DNA from: Thalia democratica
Lineage: Eukaryota
Direction of reading: 5' to 3'
Length of the DNA stretch: 64,000 bases
Assembly: GCA_965202585.1 (NCBI GenBank)
Contig: OZ241830.1
Location: forward strand, 69,998,001 to 70,062,000
Part shown: in pieces, positions 25,411 to 38,759 of the stretch
Position numbering within the stretch: the first letter of the stretch is position 1
How the letters are laid out: each line of letters starts with the position of its first letter
The notes under the pieces: model-generated
The model's database searches: none
Seen by the model: the letters and a program-made list of their open reading frames with translations, nothing else
What the model was told of the DNA's origin: nothing
Position numbers and translations under genes: made by a program

Positions 25411-28400
25411 GAAGTTAAGATTGTTACTTTGATTTAAAAGTATTTTGGTTACTCTTTTAAGACGGTTAATCTTTTTTTTTTGTGATCTAAACCCGTATTT
25501 CAATTTTTGGAGGTATTATAAGTACTATAAGAAGTTAGCGATAACATCGTTTTAACTGTTTAAATTTATATACTACATTTATTAAGGCCTTTTTAAATAT
25601 AAACAACTTATATACCGGTAGTTCGTACTTAGAAAGTGCATATTTAGTTAGCAGGTTTACTGTCTTTAAGTTAAAATTTATACTTTACATTCGTTTTATT
25701 AAGGCTTTAAAATGACGGTATAATATCTTTTTAAATATAAACTGCTTGTAAAACTAATGATTTTAATTGTTTTGTTACCCTAATAGACACGAAAGAAAAT
25801 TATATCATATTTGCGATAATATAAATATAAGTGATATCGCTTAAAAATTTTTTATAGCGGATATTTACACAAAATAAAAACTAATATATTCTCTTCAAAT
25901 TTCACAATCCAACTAGATAAAATTGTAATGTAAAATGTTGTTTCAGAGTTTAGAAAATGATAAAAAGGTTGTTGTATTTCTTATTTTTTGCAAACATGAC
26001 CTACTAATCTATAAACATTTATTAAGTATAGTTAAATGTTGCTTATAAATTGCCATTAGAATACTTATAATATTTTGTTTTTTTATTTAATGTAGTGTAA
26101 AAGGCTTTAAAAACAAAATAGATTAAATTACATATTAGATAAAACAATACTTAGTCAATAGTCTATATTTAATTTTATATTAAAAGGTAATGACTGTTTT
26201 ATCTAGTGTATAACTAAAAAATAGGAACAAATTTTTTATTCACGCTAATCCACGCTTTTCGTAATTTATTACATTATCATAATCGTAATATTACAACACT
26301 TATTTTGTTTATTACGTCGCATTTAACACTCACCTAACAATGCAATGATTCAAGTATCGAGTGACTGGTAGCTAACAGCAACGCGTTTTAATGCAGATTT
26401 TCGCATGATTGCACACCGGTGGCGCTTGAATCAATCACATTTTAAAAATATTTCAAAGCGTGTGACTTGGTACAGCAATTACTACTTTCGCTTCATCTGA
26501 GCGGGTTTACTATTAATCCTTTGTCTTGTTTTGAAAATCCTTAAATGAAACTAATTTGTAAACCTCGATAATTTCACACGGTAATGCAACCGGCATTTAT
26601 AAAAAAAAGTTTACTTGTTAAAACAATCGAATAAATTAAAGTTGTCTTTCACTAATCAAACATTGTACTTGCATTGTGTTTAAAGAATCAACTGAAGTTC
26701 TACTTATAGCTTCTAACCACATTGATCTAACACAGGAAGGAACAATTAACTGCAGTTTATTAATCCAATTAAAATTTACAGACTCGGACTATCTGCTTGT
26801 AAAGATTGTGCATGTGTTGAAAATAAAACAGTTATAATGTGTTAGCTCGCTTGCTTATGAGTCATATTGGCTTAATAAAAACTTAAAAGGAATTTTGAAA
26901 TAGTTATAAATTAAAACAAACTAATTAATTTAGATGTTTTTATTTTCAAGTATTGTTTTAAACACGTATCGTTATTTAGTTAAGCAATTTTACAACATCG
27001 CGAGATATTTGGCATGCAAAGTTTAGTAAGTACTTCTGTGTACATTGTGTTTTTTGGTAGTGTAGAAATATAAGGAAGTGTTTGCTGTTTTATTTTAAGT
27101 ATAGATCTATTAATCTCCATATTTCAATTAAATATTTTAAATGTAAGATGAATAGACCTTTAAAAGATTTTATGTGTGCAATATGTTTTACTTAGTTTTC
27201 AAACTGAAAATTTATTGTGCAACTTATTATGTTTAGAATGACACATAATGTTGAAAGCACTTTTTTGTGTCAATTGTTAAAACACGTTTGTTTGTAAAAC
27301 TTAATCGTTCTATAAGAAATATTAAGAATATCTTTTAAGGTAAAAAAAAAGTTTTAAAGATATGTTTTTATCTACGGCTCATACAAATATGATATATTAG
27401 TAATTACAGCTCTTGAAATTTAGCTTTAAAAGCACAGTAGCTGAAATAAGTAAAAATTACCTTATCATTTTAAGTGGCAATAAATTTATATTTTATGTAC
27501 CTAAAACCGTTAATGTTTTATTACAGCAACAAATTGTAAATCAAACAAAGGACTTTTTATGCTCGTCAAAATAAAAGTTGTCTTTTAATTAACTAAAATT
27601 CAAATTAATTAAACGAGCTGTTTACGACACTTTCATCGCTGTTTAATGACAGTAAAATGTGCATTAATATGCAAACTAGTTATTTGTAGTCAGAAAACAG
27701 CTTTCTAAGTTCCTGATTGCCAATAAATTAAGATAAAACATATGTAGCTACAAGATTGTTATTTTTTATGCGCAGTAAAGATAATATAAAGCAAACATAT
27801 TTTTACTTTGTCAGCAGGTTTTATCTAATCTCTTTTTTATTTGCGTCTTTTGTTTTTATGCCATGAAAAAGCTACGAACCTTAAAAGCTTCCTTCTAAAT
27901 TTGTTTTATATCTTACAAAACAAAAAATTTACGTTTTAAGTATTTCGTTCTTAAAAGATAGAGAGTATCTCATTTCTGTACTAGTTATAAAATATTTTGA
28001 TGTTCAGTCATGTATTTTTGATATTTTGTTTATTTAACTCTTAATTAAAAAAGTCGTCATAATAACAAATTTTTATTGATTTGTTTTTGTTATATTTGCT
28101 CATAAGATAGTATTGAAAATATTTATTCTTGCTTTATTGAAACTACCTTGTATTCATCCAACAGTTGTATAAATAAAGATGTAAAGCTTCCTATCGCTTA
28201 TTTTTCATTGAAACATTTCAATATTTTTGTCGTTTTTTATTTCTTGGCGCCCGTCACAAAACCCTCTCAAGAATTCCATCTACAAAAAGGGTTCCACGAG
28301 AATAATAGAGAAAAAATAACACATTTTAAGGGTTCTTTTCAGGGTTTTAAAGTTTAAAGTATTAAGATAAGTGCGATGATAACTTCAAACATGCTTGCTT

Positions 28401-28502
28401 AGAAGTGTATGGGTTTATATTGTGTCAAAATTTTGTTTACTACTTTATACTTGTTTTCTTAATCTTTAAAGTTTTTACAACAACGCTTAGTCTTCTTTAT
28501 AA

Positions 28503-28680
28503 GCGGTACTGATTGGTTGCTAGTAGCAACAACTTATAACGTGCTTGTGTTGGCAGGAAACCGTCGAAATTTTTCAAACTTTTCTAAATAATTTTTTCCG
28601 ATGGCAGATGTGCAAATAAATAGTTGCAGCAGAAGCAACTTATCATTATCGTATTTAGGAGATATTTACCGAATTTGTTT
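28503..28680. promoter_or_regulatory. Upstream CNE of Islet copy 2 (X-box 28516-28530)
   Basis: Paralog of 1588-1770. Confidence 0.6.
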
Positions 28681-29547
28681 TAATATATACCTGTTTTAAA
28701 AGACACGGGTTCAACTGGCATTTTAGTAATAGAAACATAAACATTTTTACATATTTTAATATGTCATTGTTTTTGTTACGTTTTAACAACACAATGATGC
28801 GTTTTATAGTCTTTAACAAGTTTAGTTTTAAATAAAGTTGAATTAAAATTTTTATAAAACCGTATATTAGTAAAAAGCTTTAACAACGAACTAAAAAAAC
28901 GTTTTTAATTTACTAAACTTGTAAATACTAGTTTATTTCTTAAACAAATTTTTAAAATTTTATAATCATTTATAAAATGAATGATAATTAGACTAATTCA
29001 AATAAAACTAGTGAAAGTTTTAATCGAGTTTATGTTAAACGAGAACAAAATTAAAAACGTTAATTGTATATCATTTTATTAATTTTATAAAAGTATCTTC
29101 TTGTAAAATAAAATTAAACTTTTGTTTTATTAAATAGTTTTAGTTTGCTCTAAAACAACGTTTTTTTTTAGAAGCGATCATGTAGCTGAACAAAGGTGTG
29201 TAAAAGTAATTGAATTTTGTTTTAAATTCTTTTTGTTATAGAACATTTTATCAAAACTGCTGAATACTTAACATTTTTGATTTTTCAGTTCTAAATAAAC
29301 TGATTAAGTTGTGTTCTATCAACTAGACAAAACCTGTAAATCATTATAAGAAACCAGCTTTTTTTTTTCGTACTTGTCTCGTTGTAGGAGATAAAAAGTA
29401 AAGAAGTTGTAAAATGAATAACAATTTTATTTACTCGCAAAGTGCAAAGTAGTCTGCAAACTTAACATCGTTTTTTTAGCTTATAGTAAAATTATCTTAA
29501 AAACTTGTCAAAATTGACCAAGCGTATGTCATCAAATCGGGCGTGAG

Positions 29548-29845
29548 ATGAAAACCTCTCAGCAGATGGTCAAGTTGACAGGAGACCTTCCACCTTGTCA
29601 CAAACCACCAGAAAGTCAGGACATTTTTGATTGGAATAGTTTTGACGACTACTCGGTGGGCAGCCGCTCTCAGGGCTACTTCTCACCTGGGTACGAAGAA
29701 GGGGGAATCACCGGAAGCGAAATTAGTTTTTACTCAAACCAGGGACAAGTTTCAAGCCAGGGGATGACCCCAATGTCAAGCAGGTCAAGTCAGATTATGA
29801 TAAATGATGATCTTCAAAATACCGACACACAAAAAAGTAAAAGAG
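29548..29845 (+). CDS. Isl: Islet copy 2 exon 1
   Basis: Homologous to 2608-2896; donor AGAG|GTTAGT, phase 1. Confidence 0.75.
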
Positions 29846-32800
29846 GTTAGTAGTATTTTTATAAAACTTTCTTTTTACGTACTTTCGATGTTTAACAAAT
29901 TCAAAAAAAAATTAAACTGGATATGCTTTTTGTTTATGTTAATGTTTTACTCAAATGTGTTTTAAAATGAGTATCTTATTTGATAAACTTAATTTTTTTC
30001 AATACTTCAGTTAAATGCAGAACTTGTCTAGATATGAGTCTGAGAGATCAACAACTATTTTATAAAATCTTTTAAAATCTATTGCTAGTTACATAGATAA
30101 CTAAAATTTTAATATTTTATTTAGTATATTAAAGTATCTAATTTCTTATAACCTAAAATTAAGTACAGTTAATATAAGAATAATGATAAATTAAACTGTC
30201 GATTTTGTCATTATATAACGAGTAAGTCACATCAAATAAGAAAACATTTACAATGAATTACTAAGGTTGGTTTTCAAATTGATCTTTTTATAATTTATAG
30301 CTTGTTGGAAATACTCTTTAGGTCTTCTTACCAGAACTTGCATGGGTTGTTGTCACTTGATCCACGGTCCCTACATCAGAACCTCACAGGGGGTCAACTG
30401 GCATTCAAAATGTCTAAAGTGCGCCGCATGTGGATGCAACCTGACTGATATGAGAACCTGCTTCGTCAGGGACAACAAACCTTACTGCAAAAACGACTAT
30501 TTTCAGTTTGTTTATTTTAAACAGTCTTATAAACAAAAATAAAAACTTAAAGTTTATGTTTGCATTACATCTAAGTTTATAGTTTAACATGAGCCGATTG
30601 TATTCTTAAGCTAAAAATATAATGTATGTAGTAATAGTTTACCAATAAAACTAATAAAAAATTTCTAAGAAATTAATTTGTATAAAAAATTATTAAATAT
30701 GTTACAATAGAATTTATAAATTTAATCGAAAATGTTTTTCTTAGTTCAACATTATGCTTTTAAAAGAAAATATAAAGTTACATCTAAAAATTGATACATA
30801 ACATCATTTTTAATAATTTTATTTTGATGATAAGATAATTTTGATAGAAAACGCAATTTAAAAAATTTGATAATGACGTATAACCGGTTAAAGAATATTT
30901 AGTAGAAATACAGATATGAACTTTTTAATTCTGACACTGTTGATTTAAAACACCTTTTAAATATATTTTTTAAATTTTTTGTTTGCAAAACAAAAGTAAA
31001 TTTTATATTTGTTAAGTTGATTTCGCTTGTTGACCTAATAAACTGTCGGTTCGATTAACTCACATGTCAAGTGAATAAAATAAAAACGTGTTGGTAAAAC
31101 TACAGTGTTTTATATACTTTTTGGATCATATAATGTAAACGTTAAAAAAAGTTATTTTTTTAAGGAACAATAGTTATGTTTCATTATTTCCGGGCTCATA
31201 AATTTAGTTTACGGCTTAAAGCAACTCAAAAGCGCATTATAAAAACATTTTTAAAACGGACTTACTAATGATTTAATTGTTAAGTTATCGACAATAACCA
31301 TTCGGCTTATTGAGTTGTCAATACTAATTACAATTTACAGCATCTATTACCTGACTGAGAACTTTTGAGTAAAACTTAAAGTTTTTCAAAGTTTGCTTTT
31401 AAAGAAAAATTTTATAATATGAAAAAGAAATACTTTATGCTGTTTAAAATTCTTTTTTAGTTGTATATCTTACACTTTTCACTTTTCTTAACTCAATGTA
31501 TGTTTATTTTGTTGTTAAGTTGTATAAAAGCATAGCAGTTTAGGTAAAAATGTTAAAGATATTATCAGAAACTTATTTAATTTTTAATAAATATATTAGA
31601 ACAAATCTTACAAGTTTGTTAAATTTTGTTAAGGTTCAAAAGTTTGTTTATAATAACATAAAAACATTAACAAATAAATTACTTTACTACTTTTATACAA
31701 ATTCTGTTTAGTTTTTTAATTTTCAGTTTCAGCTATTTAATGTCATTAAGTAAATTTACGCTCACCTATGCAAGACTTGTGATAATATGTTACAAGTTTC
31801 AAAAAAGTGAATTCCATTCAAAAAGATCAAACCACTATTGTGACGTAACAACAAAATAGGAAACTCGAGTGCGCTCAGTGGAATGTGTCAATCACAAACA
31901 ATGCCGGTTGTTACTAGGCAGCCTCGCTACAAATTGGGGAGGAGCAATTAAAAGGTTCCGATCTCACACACGAACCTGACGTCGGCCGACAAGCAACTTG
32001 CAACGTCGAATTGAGGCTTGTCTCTGTCTCAATTGCCCCTTGCCGACCTTTGGAATAATAAAACAAATGTCTTGCTAGACTCATATCGTATCATTACTTA
32101 GATAAAAAATATATTTATAAAATTTGAAAGTAAGTTTTTATTTGAAGTGATACAAACTGAAAGTTCCTATTACAAATTGTAAGGCTGCAAACTTACCTGA
32201 TATGTATCTATGACGTCATAACAAACACTAACGGCTCTTAACCAGTGAAGTGTCACCACTTAACTAATATTTGACAAATTGATTTTTCTTAGAAATAATT
32301 TGATTCATGCTGCTTGAGATCCTACCATATTGTCAATTAGTATGTGTGAAGGTAGTTATGTGACAATCGATTGTGATTGCTTATATGCTGCTGCCAAATT
32401 GTTGCTTGCAGTTTTCGCTTTTGGTATAAAGCCAAAGTATCAGTAAGTACACTTTTGGTTAAATATAAAAAACACGTAGCAGTCAAATGTCAACTTATAC
32501 AAACATGGTTCCAAACTGTAAAAATATTGAAAAGCAATAATTTTTAATAAAAGTCATATAATCATATACGTCATTTTATAAAATAATGTTACTTAAGTAT
32601 TCAGGTAATTATATCTGTGATATTTTACGTAAAATTCAATTAAAGCGAAACTATAAATCATAAAGCATGTTTAGGCAAACAAGAAAATTGATCAACAGCA
32701 AAAAGTTTTCAGTTTTGATATTTTAAGACATTGAAAATAGTATTATAAAGCGTTTAGTGATATTTGTATAACTAATTACAAGTTGAGTAAAATAAATGAG

Positions 32801-35800
32801 TTTTTATTTTGTTCTTACAGCCTCTAAAACAATAAATAAACGGATTTTGATTTGCAACTCAGCTTACTGCCGTCGGAAATTCAAATGACGTCATTCTGAA
32901 TGACTCCACGTCTACTAAAGGTCGTAAGTTCAAGTTTGCGAAGTTTTCCCATATGCTAGTTTTGCGATGGTGTAATCAATACATTAAAATCTACAAGCGA
33001 GAAAAATTCGATATTTTTTATAAGATTAAAAAAGTAGAGTAGTGACTTGTGGAAAAATAGTGTTTCTTAATAGTGGATGCAACTAATTAGGATTCGTTTA
33101 TTATTTTTCATGCTTTTCAATATATCCAAAAACAAACTAGAATTAATAAATGTATACAAAATGCTCGAACAAATTTAAAAACCTGAAAACTTTTTAAGTA
33201 TTTGCCCAAAGTTATTATAATTTATTCGAAATTAAACAGGAAAAGCCGCAAAGTAACAGGTTTGTAATAACAACATAAAATACAAGAAATTGTGGTTTTT
33301 GTCTGGTTGAACCGAGACAGCCGACATATGTTATCGATTGCAAAAAACTCTGCTTACTTATCACTGATTCTACATGTCTTTTTTTTGCAGTCAACCGAAT
33401 ATCAATTTTTTCATATTGAAATTTTTTAAAAGTTTTGAAAAATTTCAGGTAGAAAGAGGCGCATGTTGTTTAACATAAGACTTTTTTTCTTATTTCTAAT
33501 TATTCATGAACTTACTTATTTAAAGAGTCAAACCATGGCCCAAAAAATAAGCTTTAATTATAAAGAGTTTGTTTTCATGTCCAAGACTAATGGAGATTTG
33601 ATTAATTATTCAATAAAATTTTAAAAAGAAAAGCTTGAATTCAAGTCTTACTATTACGTCATAATAGCTGTTGAGGTCAGCTTCCAAGTTGTAATGCGGA
33701 TAACGTCACATCAGTAAGATTGATTTCTATTAATTCGGTCTGCGACACTTGTGCCTTCAAATACAAGCAGACAGACTCAACGAACTGTACAAAGTAACAA
33801 AACGTCACCGGAGAAGTAAAAATGTCGCCATTTGTTGCAGCAAGGAAATCTTACGGGAGCTCATTATCAGGAAGCTTAGAGAAGCACCTAATGGCGTATT
33901 GTTACGTCATAATAGTGTATTAATGCTTTGTATTTATTTCACTTAACTGGTTAACATGAGTTTTTCTGGGAGTGTTAATAATATAGTTTTGATACCAAAA
34001 AAATATTGAGCATTTAGCGCCCAATTGTAAAAACATATAAAGCAAAAGTTAGGAAAAACTAAATTAACCTAAATATACACTTAAAAACTTAAATTACTTA
34101 AACAAAAATGTTACTATAAAAACTATCAACTTGCTTAAAATTTGTAGAGTTTTTTTAAATTAACTGTTAGTAACAGTATTAAAACCTAAGCTTTTCAATA
34201 AAGTCTCAAAGATAATATGTCACTAATTATGTCTATTAAATAACGCTTAAAACTTTATTAAATGAACTATAGAACGTCGTTTATTTATAAAAGAAAAACT
34301 TTGATTTTATGGACCATCCCATAATTAGTTATTTTATGTACAATGATTATATTTTTTATATTGTGTCTATAAAACAGCAATTTTAATATCAGTTTACGAA
34401 ACGCTTTAGCTTTTATACTTGTAATTAAAGTATTTTAAAAGCAATTTTATTGCTTTTTTTTATTATAAAAACTCCAATTTAAATTTTTTAAGAGTTACTA
34501 GCTGCATGATCGATATTTACAACTAACTTAAAAATCAATCATTAATTTCAGCTTATTTGCGCCAAAATGCGCAAAGTGCAAACTTGGACTGGTCAAGGGG
34601 GATTTGATGATGTCTGTAAGAGATAAAAAGTACCACGTTCAGTGTTTTAGGTTAGTGAGAACTATTAAAAACTATTTTAGTCTATATTTTGTAACCCATA
34701 AAACAGTCAAGACTTCCATAACGTGCATATAATTATAAAATATAACATTATCCAGAATCAAATTATTTTAAAACAAAGTTTTATTGAAACTGATTCTTGT
34801 TTTATGTTAAACCTAGTATATATAATATTATTTTTAATGTAGTTCAGCATATATGAAATTTTAATGACAGTAATTAATAAATGTTTTTTACTACTAAACA
34901 GATGTTACGCTTGTCATAATCAACTGATACCAGGAGATTCATTCGTGTGTAACGAAGATGGAAGTATCTACTGCATAAGAGATTACGAAAGAATTTTTAA
35001 CAGTTCAACAGATGACAACAGAATTATTAGTAAGCGATCTCTAATTTATATTCATACATTATACAGTTTAATTGATAAAATTATTTTAATTCAGCGTGTT
35101 ATTTTAATTTATTTTTATGTATATAAACATAGTTATTACCGCATTAAAATGTTTTGTGAATAAAAAACAAGTTGTAGCAAAATGCTTGTTCTACCTAGAA
35201 CTTAAAGACAGTTCAACAGCGTTGTTTTTTATTTAAGAATATATCCTCTGCAAAAAATACAGTTAAATAATTTAGACTTAATTTAAAAAATTTAAAGATT
35301 TTTTAGCTAATTTGAACAGATAATCTAAGTTTAAATACAGTTTAGAAACATGTTATTAAAATACTTTAAGCCACAAAGTAAGGGTTTGTGTAACTTTATC
35401 ATACAAAGTTACCGTTTTAACCACTTGTTTACCTCTAATGCATGAGATATTAGAAGCTGAAACATAAATCATTTATGCATATAAAATTCCTACAACTGCC
35501 GGCTACTGTGCGATAATTGGATAATCTTTGTTACTTAACCTCGCACAAATAACCTCGCACTCTGTAATCAGATTTTGCGCAAAAAAAAACTTGAAAGGAT
35601 TACTCTTTTAATACCCCTTTTATCGTTGAAACACACTAGTGTTAAGAATTTTTGGCTTTTTCATGTTTTGATTTTTGCATTTTGTTTATTATCTGTTTTA
35701 ACTCGCGATTATGCATTATTAAGTCTTGGCTGTATTAATACCATTGCTTTGCTTATTAAAGGTTCGCATTATTTTCTCAATCACGATATTTGAGAAAACT

Positions 35801-37363
35801 TGATAATAAACAGTTTATAGAACTTAAATTCGACTAGATTTTTATAAATGTTTTAAAATATTTATCATAAAGTTTTATAAACAAAGCTATATAGTTGTTA
35901 TTTTTTTCAATTCGCAAAGATACAAATTACTCTAAAAATTTAGGTTACAGTAAATAATAGCACGCAATATTTTATTATTAAATTTAAGTTTTTGTTATTT
36001 TGAGTTTTTTTATTTTCCATTTACAAACCGTTGTTATTTTTTGAATTCAGCCAAAGTTTACAACCTCAAATTGTTTATAAACTAAAAATCTAAGCAAAAG
36101 CGGTTTTCTAAAACAAAAAACTTAAATACCTTCAATACCTCAAATCGATGAATTGAGAATGGTGCAACTCACATAAAGTGTTACCTAATAAATGCTGTTC
36201 CCACCTATCTATTCATCTTTAAAGATTCATTACAACAAAAGTGAATGTTTTATAAAGTGACTTTTGCTGTCATACTTAGATGTCATCCTAAGTACAGTAG
36301 TAAAGTTTCTCGTTGAACTGCAATTAATTTATTAAAACAAAGATAAAATCAAGTCGCAGCTTATAAAGTAACTTGCTATGGGTAAAGGTTTAAAGAAAAG
36401 TCATTTAACCTGGTTAACTGCTGCAGTCGAAACAATTGGACTTATCGGAATTTTAGATCAAATTAAACTTATTTATACAAAAGGTTGGATTTTTGGCTTT
36501 TTGCTAATGAAAATATATATCTTTGATTTCTAATAGCTTTGTTTACAAAAATACTTATTTAAACCATTACAGAGTATTAAAGAATACAAAGCTAAAATTA
36601 GTTTTTAATTTGTTAAAATTTGTGCCAAAGTATATTTTAAGTTTCAAATTGATTATGATGAAATTCAAAATATGCTTTAATCGTTATACGCCATTTTCTA
36701 CGTGAAAAAGTTGAGCTAATATGCACCGGTTCTTCTGTTTTTTTAAAGTAATTTTAAGTATACTTTTTTTAGTTATTAGACATCCATGTTTTAAACAACA
36801 GTTTTATAGTGCTTTTACAACAGAGAAATAGTTTTAACGTGTACTTCTTATTTTAACAAAATAAGTTATTTTATAAAATAACCTACAGACAAAAGCATAA
36901 AAGCTTATCTCAAGTTAAATTTTATAGACTGTTTTATAGTTACCTAAACTTTAACTACTTAAAATTTACAGATGCCTACCCGGACCATTTAATTCTAGGA
37001 CAGAACATCAACTCAGAGCACTCAGGTTGCATAAACAGGGGAGGACACATCGGCAAGGAATCAGGACACTCAGCAAGATCGAACAAGAACAAGGGGAAGA
37101 CGACGAGACAGAGGACGGTGCTGAACGAGAAGCAGCTGACGGTGCTGCACACCTTCTACGAGAACAACTGCAGACCCGACGCCATCATGAAGGAGCAGCT
37201 GACCACGATGACGGGACTTCCTCAAAGAGTCATCAGGGTGTGGTTCCAGAACAAGCGGTGCAAGGACAAGAAGATCGCTATGAAGCATCAGCAGAAGCAG
37301 AAGATGAAGAACGGCGAAGAAGAAAGGCAGCAGGTTAGCTTGATGATTATTTTAAATATATAA
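29548..37363 (+). CDS. Isl: Islet copy 2, C-terminally truncated (LIM-LIM-HD intact, LBD exon deleted)
   Basis: join(29548-29845,30322-30505,34552-34650,34902-35029,36972-37333) is in frame (357 codons) with all GT-AG sites. It ends either by read-through to the stop at 37363 or by splicing to TTT GTC TGA at 38653-38661. No exon-6 homolog is present. Could instead be a young pseudogene. Confidence 0.75.
30322..30505 (+). CDS. Isl: Islet copy 2 exon 2 (LIM1)
   Basis: LIM Zn ligands intact; splice sites match copy 1. Confidence 0.9.
31835..32042. promoter_or_regulatory. Intron-2 CNE-b, 208 bp (paralog 59213-59420)
   Basis: 9 mismatches and no indels over 208 nt between copies 2 and 3; no conserved ORF found; contains an X-box and TGACGT motifs. 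Confidence 0.75.
34552..34650 (+). CDS. Isl: Islet copy 2 exon 3 (LIM2a)
   Basis: TTTCAG acceptor and AG|GTTAGT donor; 99 nt. Not in the supplied ORF track. Confidence 0.9.
34902..35029 (+). CDS. Isl: Islet copy 2 exon 4 (LIM2b)
   Basis: AAACAG acceptor and GTAAGC donor; 128 nt. Confidence 0.9.
36972..37333 (+). CDS. Isl: Islet copy 2 exon 5 (homeobox)
   Basis: Open frame; homeodomain identical to copy 1; donor CAG|GTTAGC. Confidence 0.9.
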
Positions 37364-38654
37364 AAGTTGTTAAGGATATTTCACACAATTAAGACTGTAT
37401 AATTTTGTAGATTTAAAGATAAAAATAATATACTTTTTGTTAATACATATTATACTTCATACAAACCAGATAGCTTAAAATAGTTAAACCAAATTTAAAA
37501 CACTTATATTCATTATGAAAAATATATTGGAAAAAAGTAACATTATTAATCTTGTTGTTAAGAGGGCAGCAGAGTTGCGAGCAACAAAAGCAGCAGGCTT
37601 GATGGTTGATAATCATTTTAAAAACAAGTAAATTTAAATTATTAACATAACTATGAAATAAAAGTGTTTAAAAATTTTATCAGTAGCAGGCAAAACCAAA
37701 CAGATCAAACAAGTTAAAGTGGTCTTAGAATAGTTACAGAAGTAGTAATTACTTTTAAATTTAGCAGTAATAATTTATGCCTATGTTTTTTACATTTAAG
37801 TTTAAATAACAATCTAAACCACTTGTCTCAATAAGTTGTTGATTACAAAGATAAAAGGGTTACGGAAGTAGTTAACTTGGGTTTAGTTATATCTTGTATG
37901 GAAAAAAGTGGCTGAAAAACACTACATTACGCCAAAAAGCAAAATGTACTAAAACGCCTTTTTGTGTTAATGGCTTTAAAACAGAGCAGAATAATAGTTG
38001 GCGATTTAACCTTTTTAAGTATTAATGATATTATCGATCAGTGTTCAACAACTGAGATGTTGAATTTCTTATTCTTAATGATTTGCCACGTTTGACCTTT
38101 AATCTTTTCACATTTCTTGCACGAAATTTCTTGGTAAAAACTAACTAAGAAGCAAACAAAGTGCTCAATTTTCATGAAGCTAGAAACAGAGTAAACTGAT
38201 CAATTCTTATTTCATCACACGCGATCTGATACCACAGTTTGTTGTATAAAGAAAATTATAAAAAAAAGTTTGTTTACTAAAATAAACAAAAAAGGATAGC
38301 ATCAGACTTGTAGATGATATTTTAAAAACTATAATTTTTTAAGCTTCATTTAATACTCGTATTCAGTAGAAAGCTAAAAACGTTTGTTGTGCATCTTCAA
38401 CTTAAGTAGCTTGTCAAAAAAGCTATTCTTTTTTTTGTTTTATTAAAACCACTTTTATTTTATAAAATTGGTTCAAGCTTTACTAAGTTTTATAATGTCA
38501 CTATGTGCGTTATTTTTGATGCGTAATATTCAATAATTTGTAATAAATGACTTAATTAAGTTTTTCCTTTTTAACTTTTTTTCATAAGTAGTATGTGCAT
38601 TAAACTATATACTAAATCAGCTATAATTTAAGTAGCTAGCTGTACTAAATAGTT

Positions 38655-38759
38655 TGTCTGATTGCTCGGAGGTTTGCAGCATCCCCTCCGTATCCTCCCA
38701 CAACTACGATCTCTCCACAATCTTCTGCGCTACTCTTCTCCACCACGATTTGCAGCTAG
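38655..38759 (+). pseudogene. Remnant of the Islet terminal exon in copy 2
   Basis: Matches copy 1 13735-13853 but lacks the acceptor and first ~34 nt and has a 14-nt deletion near its end. 3' UTR homology continues to about 38900. Confidence 0.8.

Larger units (their letters stand above)
1..26990 (+). repeat. Tandem segmental repeat unit 1 (Islet + Kelch)
   Basis: The anchor GATATTTGGCATGCAAA at ~95 recurs at ~27005 and in diverged form at ~52763; blocks are collinear throughout. Confidence 0.9.

Noticed and set aside
33749-33946. ORFs in CNE-e as called by the ORF track (33749-33946, 61435-61662)
   Set aside because: They are in different frames, and the copy-2 frame has a TGA in copy 1; only the short shared frame is reported as a finding.
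37027-37338. 103-aa alternative-frame ORF over the copy-2 homeobox
   Set aside because: Shifted frame of a GC-rich exon; no independent evidence of coding.
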